In this document: piece after piece, positions 1-12,148 of the stretch
Layout: each line of letters begins with the position of its first letter
Numbering within the stretch: the stretch's first letter is position 1
Assembly: GCF_009914755.1 (NCBI RefSeq)
Contig: NC_060946.1
DNA from: the human T2T-CHM13v2.0 reference genome, Homo sapiens
Length of the DNA: 64,000 bases
Direction: 5' to 3' (one strand)
The notes under the pieces: model-generated
Seen by the model: only the letters and a program-made list of their open reading frames with translations
The model's database searches: none
Told to the model about the DNA's origin: nothing
Program-made: the position numbers and the translations under genes

Positions 1-436
1 CATTCCATTTCATTCCATTCCATTCCATTCCATTCTGTTCCATTCCATTCCACTCCATTCCAGTCCACTCTACTCCACTCCACTCCATTCCATTGAATCC
101 CATTCTATTCCACTCCATTCCACTCCACTCCACTCCACTCCAATCCACCCTACTCCACTCCATTGCATTCCATTCCATTCCATTCCATCCCATTCCACAG
201 CATTCCACTAAACTCCACTCCAACTACATTCCTTTCATTCCACTCCACTCCACTCCATTGCATCCCATGTCATTCCACACCATTCCAGTCCACTCTACTC
301 CACTCCATTCTATTAGATTATATCCCATTTCATTACACTCCATTCCACTCCACTGCACTCCACTCCACTCCACTACACTACGTTCCATTCCATTCCATTT
401 CTTTCAATTCCATTCCAGACCATTCCATTCCTTACC

Positions 437-500
437 TTTCTTTTGATATTATCTCACTCTGTCACCCAGGCTGCTGTGCAGTGGCACAATCTCAGCTCAC
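437..500 (-). mobile_element. Alu 3'-end fragment embedded in HSat3, copy 1 (distinct variant)
   Basis: ttttgatattatctcactctgtcacccaggctgctgtgcagtggcacaatctcagctcac resembles antisense Alu tttgagacggagtctcgctctgtcgcccaggctggagtgcagtggcgcgatctcggctcac, with CpG decay. Confidence 0.85.
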
Positions 501-1231
501 TTTTCATTTCACCATTCCATTCCATTACATTCCATTCCATTGTGTTCCATTCCATTCCATTCAATTCCATTCTTTCAATTCTATTGCATTCCATTCCACT
601 CCACTCCACTCCACCCCGCTCCACTCCATCCCATTCCATTTCACTCCATTCCACTCCACTCCACTCCAATCCATTCAACTCCATCCCATTCCATTCCCCT
701 CCGTTCCCCTCCACTCCACTCCACTTCACTCCATTCCACTCCACTCCATTCCATTCCATTCTATTACACACCATTCCTTTCCATTCCATTCCATTCCATT
801 CCATTCCTTTTCTTTCCATTGAACTCCACTCCATTACACTCCATTCCATTCCACTTCATTTCACTCCTTTCCACTCCACTCCTCTCCACTCCACTCCATT
901 CCATTCCACTCCAATCCATTCCATTCCACTCCATTCCATTCCATTCCATTCAACTCCATTCCATTCCATTGCACTCCATTCCATTCCATTGCATTCCACT
1001 TTATTCCACTCCATTCCATTCCGCTCGACTCCACTCCACTCCATTCCATTCCATTCCATTTCATTCTACTCGATTACACTCGACTGCATTCCACTCCACT
1101 CCATTCCACTCAATTCCTTGCCATTCCATTCCATTCCATTCCTGTCTATTCCACTCAACTCCACTCCATTCCACTCCATTCCATTCCATTCCACTCCATT
1201 CCATTCCATTCTACTCCATTCCATTCCATTC

Positions 1232-1295
1232 CTTTATTTCGACTGGGTTTCACTCTATCACCCAGACAGGATGCACTGGCACAATCTTAGCTCAA
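1232..1295 (-). mobile_element. Alu 3'-end fragment in HSat3, copy 2
   Basis: ctttatttcgactgggtttcactctatcacccagacaggatgcactggcacaatcttagctca. Confidence 0.8.
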
Positions 1296-1852
1296 ATTTC
1301 ATTTTACCATTCCTTTCCATTCCATTCCATTCCATTCCATTCCATTTCATTCCACTCCACTACACTCAACTTCACTCCACTCCACTCAACTCTGTTCCAT
1401 TCTGTTCCATTCCATTCTTTTCCATTGCATTGCATTCCGTTCCATTCCATTCCACTCTGTACCACTCCATTCCACTCCAGTCCATTCCACTCCACTCCAC
1501 TATACTCTATTCCACTCCACTCCACTCCATTCCATTCCATTCCACTGCTCTCCGATACATTCCACTCAACTACACTACACTCCAGTCCGTTCCATTCCAT
1601 TCCATTCTGTTACGTTCTGTTCCATTCCATTCCACTCCATTCCATTCCACTCCATTCCACTCCACTCCATTTTACTCCATTCCACTCCATTCCACTCCAC
1701 TCCACTAAACTCCATTCCATTTCACTCCATTCCACTCCATTCCACTCCACTCCATTCCACTCCATTCCATTCCACTGCACTCCACTCCATTACACTCCAT
1801 TCCGTTCCACTCCAATCCATTCCATTCCATTCTACTCCATTCCGCTGCATTC

Positions 1853-1917
1853 CTTTATTTCGACTGGATCTCACTCTTACACCCAGACTGGAGTGCAGTG
1901 GCACAATTTTAGATCAC
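1853..1917 (-). mobile_element. Alu 3'-end fragment in HSat3, copy 3
   Basis: ctttatttcgactggatctcactcttacacccagactggagtgcagtggcacaattttagatcac. Confidence 0.8.
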
Positions 1918-2935
1918 ATTTCATTTCACCATTCCATTCCATTCCTTTACATTCCACTCCAGTCCACTACACTACACTCCTCTCCATTCCACTACACTCC
2001 ATTCCATTCCATTCCACAGCAATCCGATCCATTTCATTCAACACCACTCCACTCCACTCTGCTCCACTCCGTTCCGTTACATTCCATTCCATTCCGTTCC
2101 ATTCCATTCCATTCAATAGCATTCCACTGCACTCTGATGCACTCCACTAAAATCCACTCCACTCCATTACATTCCGTTCTGTTCCATTCCATTCTGTTCC
2201 ATTCCATTCTGTTCCATTCCATTCCACTCCATTCCACTCGAATTCACTCCACTCCACTCCGCTCCACTCCACTCCATTCCATTCCATTCCACTGCACTAC
2301 CATCCACTCCACAGAACTCCACTCCACTGCACTCCACTCCACTCTGTTCCATTCCATTTCGTTCCGTTCCATTCCATTCCATTCCACTCCATTCCATTGC
2401 ACTCCACTCCACTCCTCTCCATAGCACTCAACTCCACTCCATTCCATTCCACTCCGTTGAATTTCATTGCATTCCATTCCATTTCATTCATTTCCAATCC
2501 ACTCCATTACATTCCGCTCCATTCCACTCCATTCCACTCCACTCCACTCCACTGCAATCCACTCCATTCCACTCCACTCCACTGAACTCCAATCCACTGC
2601 ACTCTGCTCCATTCCCTTCCATTCCATTCCTCTGAACTCCGATCCACTCAACTCCACTCCACTCCACTCCCCTTCGCTCCCTTCCATTCCATTCTGTTCC
2701 ATTCTGTTCTGTTCCGTTCCATTCCAATCCATTCCATTCCACTCCACTATACTCCACTCCATTCCACTCCACTGCACTCTACTCCACTCCATTCCACTAC
2801 ACTCCATAACTTTCCATTCCGTTCCATTCCATTCCATTCTATTCCATTCCATTCCACGGCAATCCGATCCACTCCACTCAACTCTACTCCACTCCATTCC
2901 ATGCCACTCCTTAACTTTCCATTCCGCTCTTTTCC

Positions 2936-3718
2936 ATTCCATTCCTTTCCACTCCACTCCTTTCCTCTATATTCCACTCCACTCCACTCCACTCCACTCC
3001 AGTCCACTCCACTCCACTCCATTCCATCCCATTCCCCTGCAGTCCTATACACTCCACTCAACTCCATTCCACTCCATTCCGTTTCATTCCATTCTGTTAC
3101 ATTCCGTTCTGTTCCATTCCACTCCATTCCTTTCCACTCCATTCCATTCCATTCCACTCCACTCCATTCCACTCCATTCCGTTCCACTCCATTCCATTCC
3201 GTTCCACTCCACTCCATTCTGTTCCACTCCACTCCATTCCACTCCATTCCACTCCACTCCATTCCACTCCATTCCATTCCACTCCATTCCATTACAGTCC
3301 ACTGCATTCCATTCCATTCTAATCCATTCCATTCCATTCCTTTCCACTCCACTCCTTTCCTCTATATTCCACTCCACTCCACTCCACTCCACTCCAGTCC
3401 ACTCCACTCCACTCCATTCCATCCCATTCCCCTGCAGTCCTATACACTCCACTCAACTCCATTCCACTCCATTCCGTTTCATTCCATTCTGTTACATTCC
3501 GTTCTGTTCCATTCCACTCCATTCCTTTCCACTCCATTCCATTCCATTCCACTCCACTCCATTCCACTCCATTCCGTTCCACTCCACTCCATTCTGTTCC
3601 ACTCCACTCCATTCCACTCCATTCCACTCCACTCCATTCCACTCCATTCCATTCCACTCCATTCCATTACAGTCCACTGCATTCCATTCCATTCTAATCC
3701 ATTCCATTCCATTCCTTT
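2936..3718 (+). repeat. Near-perfect tandem duplication within HSat3 (units ~395 and ~375 bp)
   Basis: Rare words cctctatattcc, cccctgcagtcctatacac and attacagtccactgc each occur twice. The offset is 395 at the start (2966/3361) and 375 at the end (3291/3666). Confidence 0.9.
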
Positions 3719-3779
3719 ATTTCAACTGGATGTCACTCTGTCACCCTGACAGGAGTGCAATGGCACGTTCTTAGCTCAC
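3715..3779 (-). mobile_element. Alu 3'-end fragment in HSat3, copy 4
   Basis: ctttatttcaactggatgtcactctgtcaccctgacaggagtgcaatggcacgttcttagctcac. Confidence 0.8.
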
Positions 3780-5055
3780 ATTTCATTTCACCATTCCATT
3801 CCATTCCATTCAACTCCATTCCATTCCATTCCATTCCATTCCATTCCATTCCACTCCACTCCACTCCATTCCATTCCACTCCATTCCATTTCATTACATT
3901 CCATACCATTCCATTCCATTCTATTTCACTCCACTCCACTCAACTCCACTCCTTTCCGTTCTGTTCCATTCCATTCTGCTACATTCCTTCGCGTTCCGTT
4001 CCATTCCATTCCATTCCACTCTACTCCATTCCACTCCATTCCAATCCACTCCACTGTACTCCACTCCACTCCACTCCTCTCCAGTCCACTCCACTCCACT
4101 AAACTCCACTGCACTCCACTCCACTCCATTCCATTTCGTTTTGTTCCGTTCCGTTCAGGTTTGTTGCATTCCACTCCATTCCATTCCACTCCACTCCTCA
4201 CCGCGCCACTCCATTTCACTTTATTACACTCCGTTCCACTCCAGTACACTCAACACCATTCCATTCCATTCTACTCCACTCCATTCCATTCCATTCCCCT
4301 GCACTCCGTTCCACTCCACTCAACTCCACTCCACTCCATTCCACTCCACTCGATTCGTTCCATTCTATTCCTTTCCCTTCCATTCCATTCCGTTCCATTC
4401 CATTCCATTCCACTCCTATCCATTCCATTCCACTCCATTCTACTCCATTCCTCTCCACTCCATTCCACTCCCGTCCATTCCAGTCCAATCCCCTTCACTC
4501 CACTCAACTCCCGTCCATTCCATTGCTTTCCATTCCATTCCTTTCCATTCCACTGCTTTCCATTCCATTCCTTTCCATTCCACTGCAGTGCGATCCACTC
4601 CACTCAAATCCACTCCACTCAACTCCACTCCACTCCTCTCCACTTCATTCCATTCCATTCCGTTTCATTCCACTGCACTCCAATCCACTCCACTCAATTC
4701 CACTACTCTCCACTAAACTCTGCTCCATTCCGTTCTTTTCCCTTCCGTCCCATTCCATTCCATTCCAGTCCACTCCATTCCACTCCAATCCATTCCTCTC
4801 CATTCCATTCCATTCTAATCCATTCCATTCCATTCCATTGCACTGCACTCCATTCCAATAAACTCCATTACACTCCACTCCACTCCATTCCCCTTCAATC
4901 CATTCCACGCCATTCCATTCCACACCACACTATTCCACTCCACTCCACTCCAGTCCATTCCACTCCACTCCATTCCACTCCAATCCACTCCATTCCAACC
5001 CATTCCATTCCACTCCACTTCATTCCATTCCATTTTACTCCATTCCATTCCATTC

Positions 5056-5120
5056 CTTATTTTCGACTGGATCTCACTCTGTCACCCATACTGGAGTACA
5101 GTGGCACAATCTTAACTCAG
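5056..5120 (-). mobile_element. Alu 3'-end fragment in HSat3, copy 5
   Basis: cttattttcgactggatctcactctgtcacccatactggagtacagtggcacaatcttaactcag. Confidence 0.8.
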
Positions 5121-6687
5121 ATTTCATTTCACCATTCCATTCCATTTCATTCCACTCCACTCCACTCCATTTTATTCCATTCCACTCCACTCCACTAGCC
5201 TCTGATCCACTCCCTTCCATTCCACTCCACTCCATTCCATTCCTCTGCACTCCACTAAACTCCACTCCTCTCCAATCCACTTCATTCCATTTAATTCCAT
5301 TCCACTACACTCCATTCCCTTCCATTCTATTCCAGTTCACTGCACTCCGATCCACTCCTCTCAACTACACTCCACTCCACTCCGTTCCATTCCGTTCCTT
5401 TCCATTCCATTCTATTCCATTCCATTACCTTCCATTCCATCCCATCCCACTCCACTCAACTACACTCCACTCCACTCCACTCCTTTCCATTCCATTCCAT
5501 TCCACTGCACTCTGATCCACTTCATTCCACTCCACTCCACTTCACTCCACTCCATTCCATTCCACTCCATTCCATTACACTCCACTCCACTCCATTCCAC
5601 TCCACTCCACTCCACTCCACTGCATTATATTCCATTCCATTCCATTCCATTCCATTACTTTCCACTGCACTCCTATCCACTCTACTCCACTCAACTCCAT
5701 TCCACTCCACAGCTTTCCATTCCACTCTGCTCCATTCCACTCCACTCCATTTCATTCTTTTCCACTCCATTCCAGTCCACTCCACTCCACTCTATTCCAC
5801 TCCACTCCTTTCCATTCCACTCCACTCCACTCCATTACATTCCACTCCTCTCCATTCCATTCTATTCCACTCCATTCCACTCCACTCCATTCCATTCCAT
5901 TCCACACCACTCCCTTCCTTTCCACTCCACTCCACTTCAATCCACTCCACTCCATTCCTCTTCACTCCACTCCATTCCATTACATTCCATTTTATTCCAC
6001 TCCACTGCATTCCATTCCATTCCATTCCACTGCACTCCAATCCACTCCACCCAACTCCAATCCACCCCACTCCACTCCACTCCATTCCCTTCCATTCCAT
6101 TCCATTTAATTCCATTCCATTCCATTCCACACCATTCCACTCCACTCCATTCCATTTCACTCCATTCCTCTCCATTCCTCTCCACTCCATTCCACTCTAC
6201 TCCACTCCAATCCACTCCACTCCATTCCATTGAATTTCACTGCACTCCAATCCATTACACTCAACTACACTACACTACACTACACTACACTACTCTACAC
6301 TACACTTCGTTCCATTCCATTCTGTATCGTTCCTTTCCATTCCACTCCATTTCTTTCCTATACACTCCATTCCATTCCACTCCATTGCACTCTTTTCCAC
6401 TCCATTCCACTCCACTCCATTCCATTCCACTCAACTTCATTCCGTTCCATTCCACTCCATTCCATTCCGTTCCATTCCACTCCATTCCACTACGCTCCAT
6501 TCCATTACACTCCATTCTACTCCACTCCACTGTATTATCTTCCATTCCAGTTCTTTCCATTCCATTCCATTCCATTCCATTCCTCTCCATTCCATTTCAT
6601 TCCTTTCCACTCCATTCCACTCCACTCCATTCCACTCCATTCAACTCCACTCCATTCCATTCCACTCTACTCCATTCCATTCCATTC

Positions 6688-6752
6688 CTTTACTTCGATT
6701 GGATGTCACTCTGTCACCCAGAGTGTAGTGCAGTGGCACAATCTTAGCTCAC
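6688..6752 (-). mobile_element. Alu 3'-end fragment in HSat3, copy 6
   Basis: ctttacttcgattggatgtcactctgtcacccagagtgtagtgcagtggcacaatcttagctcac. Confidence 0.8.
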
Positions 6753-7084
6753 ATTACATTTCACCATTCCATTCCATTCCATTCCATTCCATTCCATTCC
6801 ACTCCACTGCACTCCACTCCACTCCATTCCATTCCACTTCACTCCATTCCATACCATTCCATTCCATGCCATTCCATTCCATTCCACTCCACTCTGATCC
6901 ACTCCACTCACCTGCACTCCACTCCACTCCATTCCATTCTGTTCCATTCCATCGTGTTCCATTCCATTCCATTCCTTTCCACTCCATTCCATTCTACTCC
7001 ACTCCATTCCATTCCACTTCATTCCAATCCACTCCACTGCACTCCACTCCACTCCATTTCATTCTACTCCATTCCATTCGATTC

Positions 7085-7149
7085 CTTTATTTCAACTGAA
7101 TCTCACTCTGTCACTCAGATTGGAGTGCAGTGGTACAATCTTAGCACAC
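7085..7149 (-). mobile_element. Alu 3'-end fragment in HSat3, copy 7
   Basis: ctttatttcaactgaatctcactctgtcactcagattggagtgcagtggtacaatcttagcacac. Confidence 0.8.
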
Positions 7150-7671
7150 ATTTCATTTCACCTTTCCATTCCATTGCACTCCACTCCACTGCATTGCAAT
7201 CCATTCAACTCCACTCCCTTCCATTCCATTCCATTCCATCCCATTCCATTTCATTCCATTCCACTGTACTCAGATCCACTCGACTCAACTCCAATTCACT
7301 ACCCTCCACTCTGTTCCATTCCCTTCCTTTCCATTCCATTCCATTCCTTTCCATTCCATTCTGCTGCACTCCGATACACTCCACTCAACTTCTCTCCACT
7401 CTACTCCACTCCGTTGCATTCCATCCCAATCCATTCCATTCCATTCCAATCCACTCCACTCCACTCTATTTCACTCCATTCCACTCCACTCAACTCTAAT
7501 CCACTAAACTCCATTGCATTTCACTCCATTCCACTCCACTCCACTCCAATCCACTAAACTCCATTGCATGTCACTCCATTCCACTCCATTCCACTCCACT
7601 CCTCTCCACTCAACTCCATTCCATTCCTCTCCACTCCATTCCATTTGATTCTACTCCATTCCATTGCATTC

Positions 7672-7736
7672 CTTTATTTCGACTCGATCTCACTCTGTCA
7701 CCCAGACAGGAGTTTTGGTGCACAATCTTAGCTCAC
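7672..7736 (-). mobile_element. Alu 3'-end fragment in HSat3, copy 8
   Basis: ctttatttcgactcgatctcactctgtcacccagacaggagttttggtgcacaatcttagctcac. Confidence 0.8.
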
Positions 7737-8233
7737 ATTTCACTTCACAATTCCATTCCATTCCATTCCACTCCACTTCATTCCATTCCATTCCTTTTCA
7801 CTGCACTCCCCTCTATTCCATTCCATTCCATTCCACTCCACTGCATTCTGTTCAATTCTGTTCCAATCCTTTCCATTCTGTTCCATTCCACTCCATTCCG
7901 TTAACCTCCACTCCTTTCAACTCCACTCCATTTCAATCCACTCCACTCTATTCCACTCTGTTCCGCTCCACTCCACTCCAATCCACTCCATTCCATTCCA
8001 TTCTATTCCGTTCCATTCCACTTCATTCCATGCCATTCCCCTTCACTGCATTGAATTCCACTCCATCCCAATCCACTCCACTCCTTTCCATTCCATTGAA
8101 TTCTATTCCAATCCATTCCACCCTAATCCACTCCACTCTATTCCACTCCACTCTACTCCATTCCACTCCACTCCATTCCATTCCTTTCTACTCCATTCCA
8201 TTCCATTCCTTTCTACTCCATTCCATTCCATTC

Positions 8234-8298
8234 CTTTATTTCGACTGAATCTCACTCTGTCACCCGGACTGGAGTGCAGTGGCACAATCTTAGCTCAC
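8234..8298 (-). mobile_element. Alu 3'-end fragment in HSat3, copy 9
   Basis: ctttatttcgactgaatctcactctgtcacccggactggagtgcagtggcacaatcttagctcac. Confidence 0.85.
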
Positions 8299-9458
8299 AT
8301 TTCATTTCACCATTCCATTCCATTCCATTCCATTCCACTCCACTCCATTCCACTCCACTGCACTCCGATCCACTCCACTCTACTCCACTCCACTACAATC
8401 CACTAAGTTCAATTCCGTTCCCTTCCATTCCTTTCCGTTCCTTTCCATTCCCCACCATTCCATTCCACTCCACTCCATTCCACTCCACTCCACTTTTCTC
8501 CATTTTAGTCCATTCCATTCCACTCCACTCCTCTCCACTCCACTCCATTGCGTTCCATTCCACTCCACTCCGTTCAATTCCATTGCATTCCATTCCATTT
8601 CATTCCATTCCAATCCACTCCATTTAATTCCTCTCCATTCCACTACATTCCACTCCACTCCACTGCAATCCACTCCATTCCACTCCACTAAATTCCACTC
8701 CACTCTACTCCATTCCATTCCATTCCATTCCACTCCACTGCAGTCTGATCCACTCCATGCAACTCCACTCCACTCCCCTCCGCTCCATTCCATTCCGTTC
8801 CATTTCGTTCTGTTCCATTCCATTCTGTTCCAGTCCATTCCATTCCACTATACTCCACTCCACTAAATTCCACTCCACTCCATTATCCACCATTCCACTT
8901 CATTCCACTGCATTCCATTCCATTCCATTCCACTCTATTCCATTTCATTCCATTCCACTCCATTCCACTCTATTCCACTCCACTCCGTTCGACTACACTC
9001 CATTACACTCCACTCCACTCCATTCCATGCAACTCCACTCCTTTCCATTCCACTCTACTCCATTCCATTCCACTACTACTTTTCACTCCATTCAACTCCA
9101 TTCAACTCCATTCCACTCCACTCCACTCCAATCCATTCCACTCAATATCATTCCATTACATTCCACTCCATTCCATTCCGTTCCATTCCACTCCATTCCA
9201 CTCCATTCAACTACACTCCATTCCCATCCACTCCATTCTACTCCACTCCACTCCATTATCCTCCATTCCACTTTATTCCTTTCCAGTCCATTCCATTCCA
9301 CTCCATTTCATTTCATTCCATTCCACTCCATTCCACTCCACTCCATTCCACTCCACTCCATTCCACTCCACTCCCTTCCACTCCATTCCACTCCATTCCG
9401 CTCCATTCTTTTCAACTCCACTCCATTCCATTCCACTTTACTCCATCCCTTTGCATTC

Positions 9459-9522
9459 CTTAATTTCGATTGTATGCTACTCTGTACCCAGACTGTAGTG
9501 CAGTAGCACAATCTTAGCTCAC
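9459..9522 (-). mobile_element. Alu 3'-end fragment in HSat3, copy 10
   Basis: cttaatttcgattgtatgctactctgtacccagactgtagtgcagtagcacaatcttagctcac. Confidence 0.75.
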
Positions 9523-9839
9523 ATTACATTTCACCATTCCATTCCATTCCATTCCATTGCTTTCCATTCTATTCCATTCCACTCCATTCCACTCCATTCC
9601 ACTCCACTCCAATTCACTCCACTCCACTCCATTCCACTCCACTCCAATCCACTCCATTCACCTACACTCCACTCCACTCTGTTCTTTCCTGTTCCATTCC
9701 ATCCTGTTCCATTCCATTCCATTCCATTCCACTCCATTCCGTTCCACTCCACTCCATTCCATTGCACTTCATTCAACTGCACCCCACTGCACTCCACTCC
9801 ACTCCATTCCATTCCATTCTACTCCATTCCATTCGTTTC

Positions 9840-9904
9840 CTTTATTTCATCTGAATCTCACTCTGTCAACCAGACTGGAGTGCAGTGACACTATCTTAGC
9901 ACAC
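9840..9904 (-). mobile_element. Alu 3'-end fragment in HSat3, copy 11
   Basis: ctttatttcatctgaatctcactctgtcaaccagactggagtgcagtgacactatcttagcacac. Confidence 0.8.
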
Positions 9905-11378
9905 ATTTCATTTCACCATTATATTCCATTACATTCCATTCAACTCCACTCCATTCCATTCCACTCCACTCCATTCCATTCCATTCAACTCCGTTCCATT
10001 CCATTCCATTCCATTCCACTGCACTCAGATCCACTCCACTGAACTCCACTTCACTCCACTCCACTTTGTTCCATTCCATTCCATTCCATTCCATTCCATT
10101 CCATTCCATTCCATTCCTTTCCATAACATTCCACTGCAGTCTGATACACTCCACTCAACCCCACTCCACTCCACTCCGTTCCGTTCCATTCCATTCCATT
10201 CCACTCTGTTCCATTCCATTCCATTCCTTTCTGTTCCATTCCATTCTTTTCCAATCCACACCATTCCAATCCACTCCATTCCATTAAATTCCTGTCCACT
10301 CCACTCCACTCCATTCCATTCCATTGCACTGCACTCCGATCCACTCCACTCAACTCCACTCCACTCCATTCCATTCTACTCCATTGCATTCCACCTCACT
10401 CCAATCCACTCCATTCCACTCCTCTCCACTCCACTCCATGCCCTTCCATTCCATTCCAATCCATTCTACACCACTCCACTCCACTCCATTCCACTCCACT
10501 CCCTTCCATTCCACTCCACTCCTTTCCACTCCGTTCCACTCCATTCCATTCCACTCCACTCAATTCCATTCCATGCCATTCCATTCCATTCCATTCCACT
10601 CCACTCCACTCCCCTCCAGTCCACTCCATTCCACTCTACTCCATTCCATTCCATTCTATTCCGTTCCATTCCATTCCATTCCATTCCACTCCACTCCGAC
10701 CCTCTCCACTCAACTCCACTCCACTGTACTTCTTTCTGTTCCATTCTGTTGCATTCCATTCCTTTCCCTTTCATTCCATTCCATTCCATTCCATTCCATT
10801 CCATTCCACTCCACTCCATTCAATTCCACTCCATTCCTCTCCACTCCACTCCAATCCACTCCACTCCATTCCATTCCACTGCATTCCAATCCACTCTACT
10901 CAACTCCACTGCACTCCACTCCATTCCACTCCATTCCACTCTTCTCCACTCCACTCCATTCCATTCCACTACATTCCATTCCATTCCACTCCATTCCATT
11001 CAATTCCATTCCATACCATTCCACTACTTTCAACTCCACTCCACTCCACTCCAATCCACTCCACTTCACTCCACTCCAATCCATTCCACTCCACTCCATT
11101 CTATTCCACTCCATTCCATTCCACTCCACTCCATTCCACTCCACTCCACTCCATTCCATTCCACTCCACTCCTTTCCATTCCACTCCATTCCACTCCACT
11201 CCACTCCCCTCCATTCCATTCCATTCCTTTCAAATCCACTCCATTCCATTCCACTCCACTCCACTCCAGTCCAATACACATCACTCCACTCCACTCCATT
11301 CCATTCCATTCCACTTCATTCCATTCCATTCCATTCCATTCCACTTCACTCCATTCCATTCCATTCCACTGTACTCCA

Positions 11379-12148
11379 ATCTTCACGTGAAAACTAGACA
11401 GAAACATTCTGAGAAACTTTTTTGTGATGTGTTCATTCATTTCACAGAGTCGATCCATTCTATTGATTGAGGAGTTTGGTCACAGTCTTTTTGTAGAATC
11501 TGCAAAAGGACATTTGTGAGCGCTTTGAAGCCTATGGTGAAAAAGCAAATATCTTCACAGAAAAACTAGAAAAAAGGTTTCTGAGAAACTGTTTTTTGAT
11601 GTGTGAATTCATCTCACAGAATTGAACCTTTCTATTGATTGAGTGTATTGGAAACCGTCTTTTTGTAGAATTTGCAAAGGATTATTTGTGAACACTTGTG
11701 GGCCAATGGTGGAAAAGGAAATATCTTCACAGGAAAACTAGACGGAAGCTTTCTGGGACTCTTCTGTGTTATGTATGCACTCATCAGAATCAGCTGAACC
11801 ATTCTTTTGATTGAGCAGTTTGGAAACAGTCTTTTTGTAGAATCAACAAAGGATATTTGTGAGCGCTTTGAGGCCTATGGGGAAAAAGTAAATATCTTCA
11901 CATAAAAACTAGACAGAAGGTTTCTGAGAAACTGCTTTGTAATGTATGCATTCATCTCACACAGGTAAACATTTCTTTTCATTGAGCAGATGGGAAAATC
12001 TTTTCTTGTAGAATCTGCAAAGGGATATTTGTGAGTGCTTTGAGGCCTATGGTGAAAAAGGAAATATCTTCATATAAAATGTAGACAGAAACTTTCTGAA
12101 AACTTATTTATGATGTGTGCATTCATCTCATAGAGTTGAACCATTCTT
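11379..12148 (+). repeat. Alpha satellite, monomeric, conventional orientation
   Basis: ~171-172 bp units: ggaaatatcttcacataaaaactagacagaag...gagttgaacc...gagcagtttggaaac. Confidence 0.97.

Larger units (their letters stand above)
1..11378 (+). repeat. Diverged classical satellite, HSat3-like (CATTC)n/(CACTC)n pentamer array, C-rich strand on +, open at the left window edge
   Basis: Continuous 5-bp periodic CATTC/CACTC/CGTTC/CAATC variants. No regular HSat2-type TTCGAT/ATG motifs. Produces the HSIPF/MEWNG pseudo-ORFs. Confidence 0.95.

Noticed and set aside
437-9904. CRISPR-like pattern of conserved repeats with variable spacers
   Set aside because: The repeats are diverged ~65-bp Alu pieces and the spacers are 0.3-1.8 kb of satellite. 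There are no cas genes and the context is primate.
93-11458. Long HSIPF/HSTPL and MEWNG/VEWSG ORFs (up to 536 aa)
   Set aside because: Pentamer repeats lack stop codons in several frames on both strands. These are classic satellite translation artefacts with no sign of a real gene.
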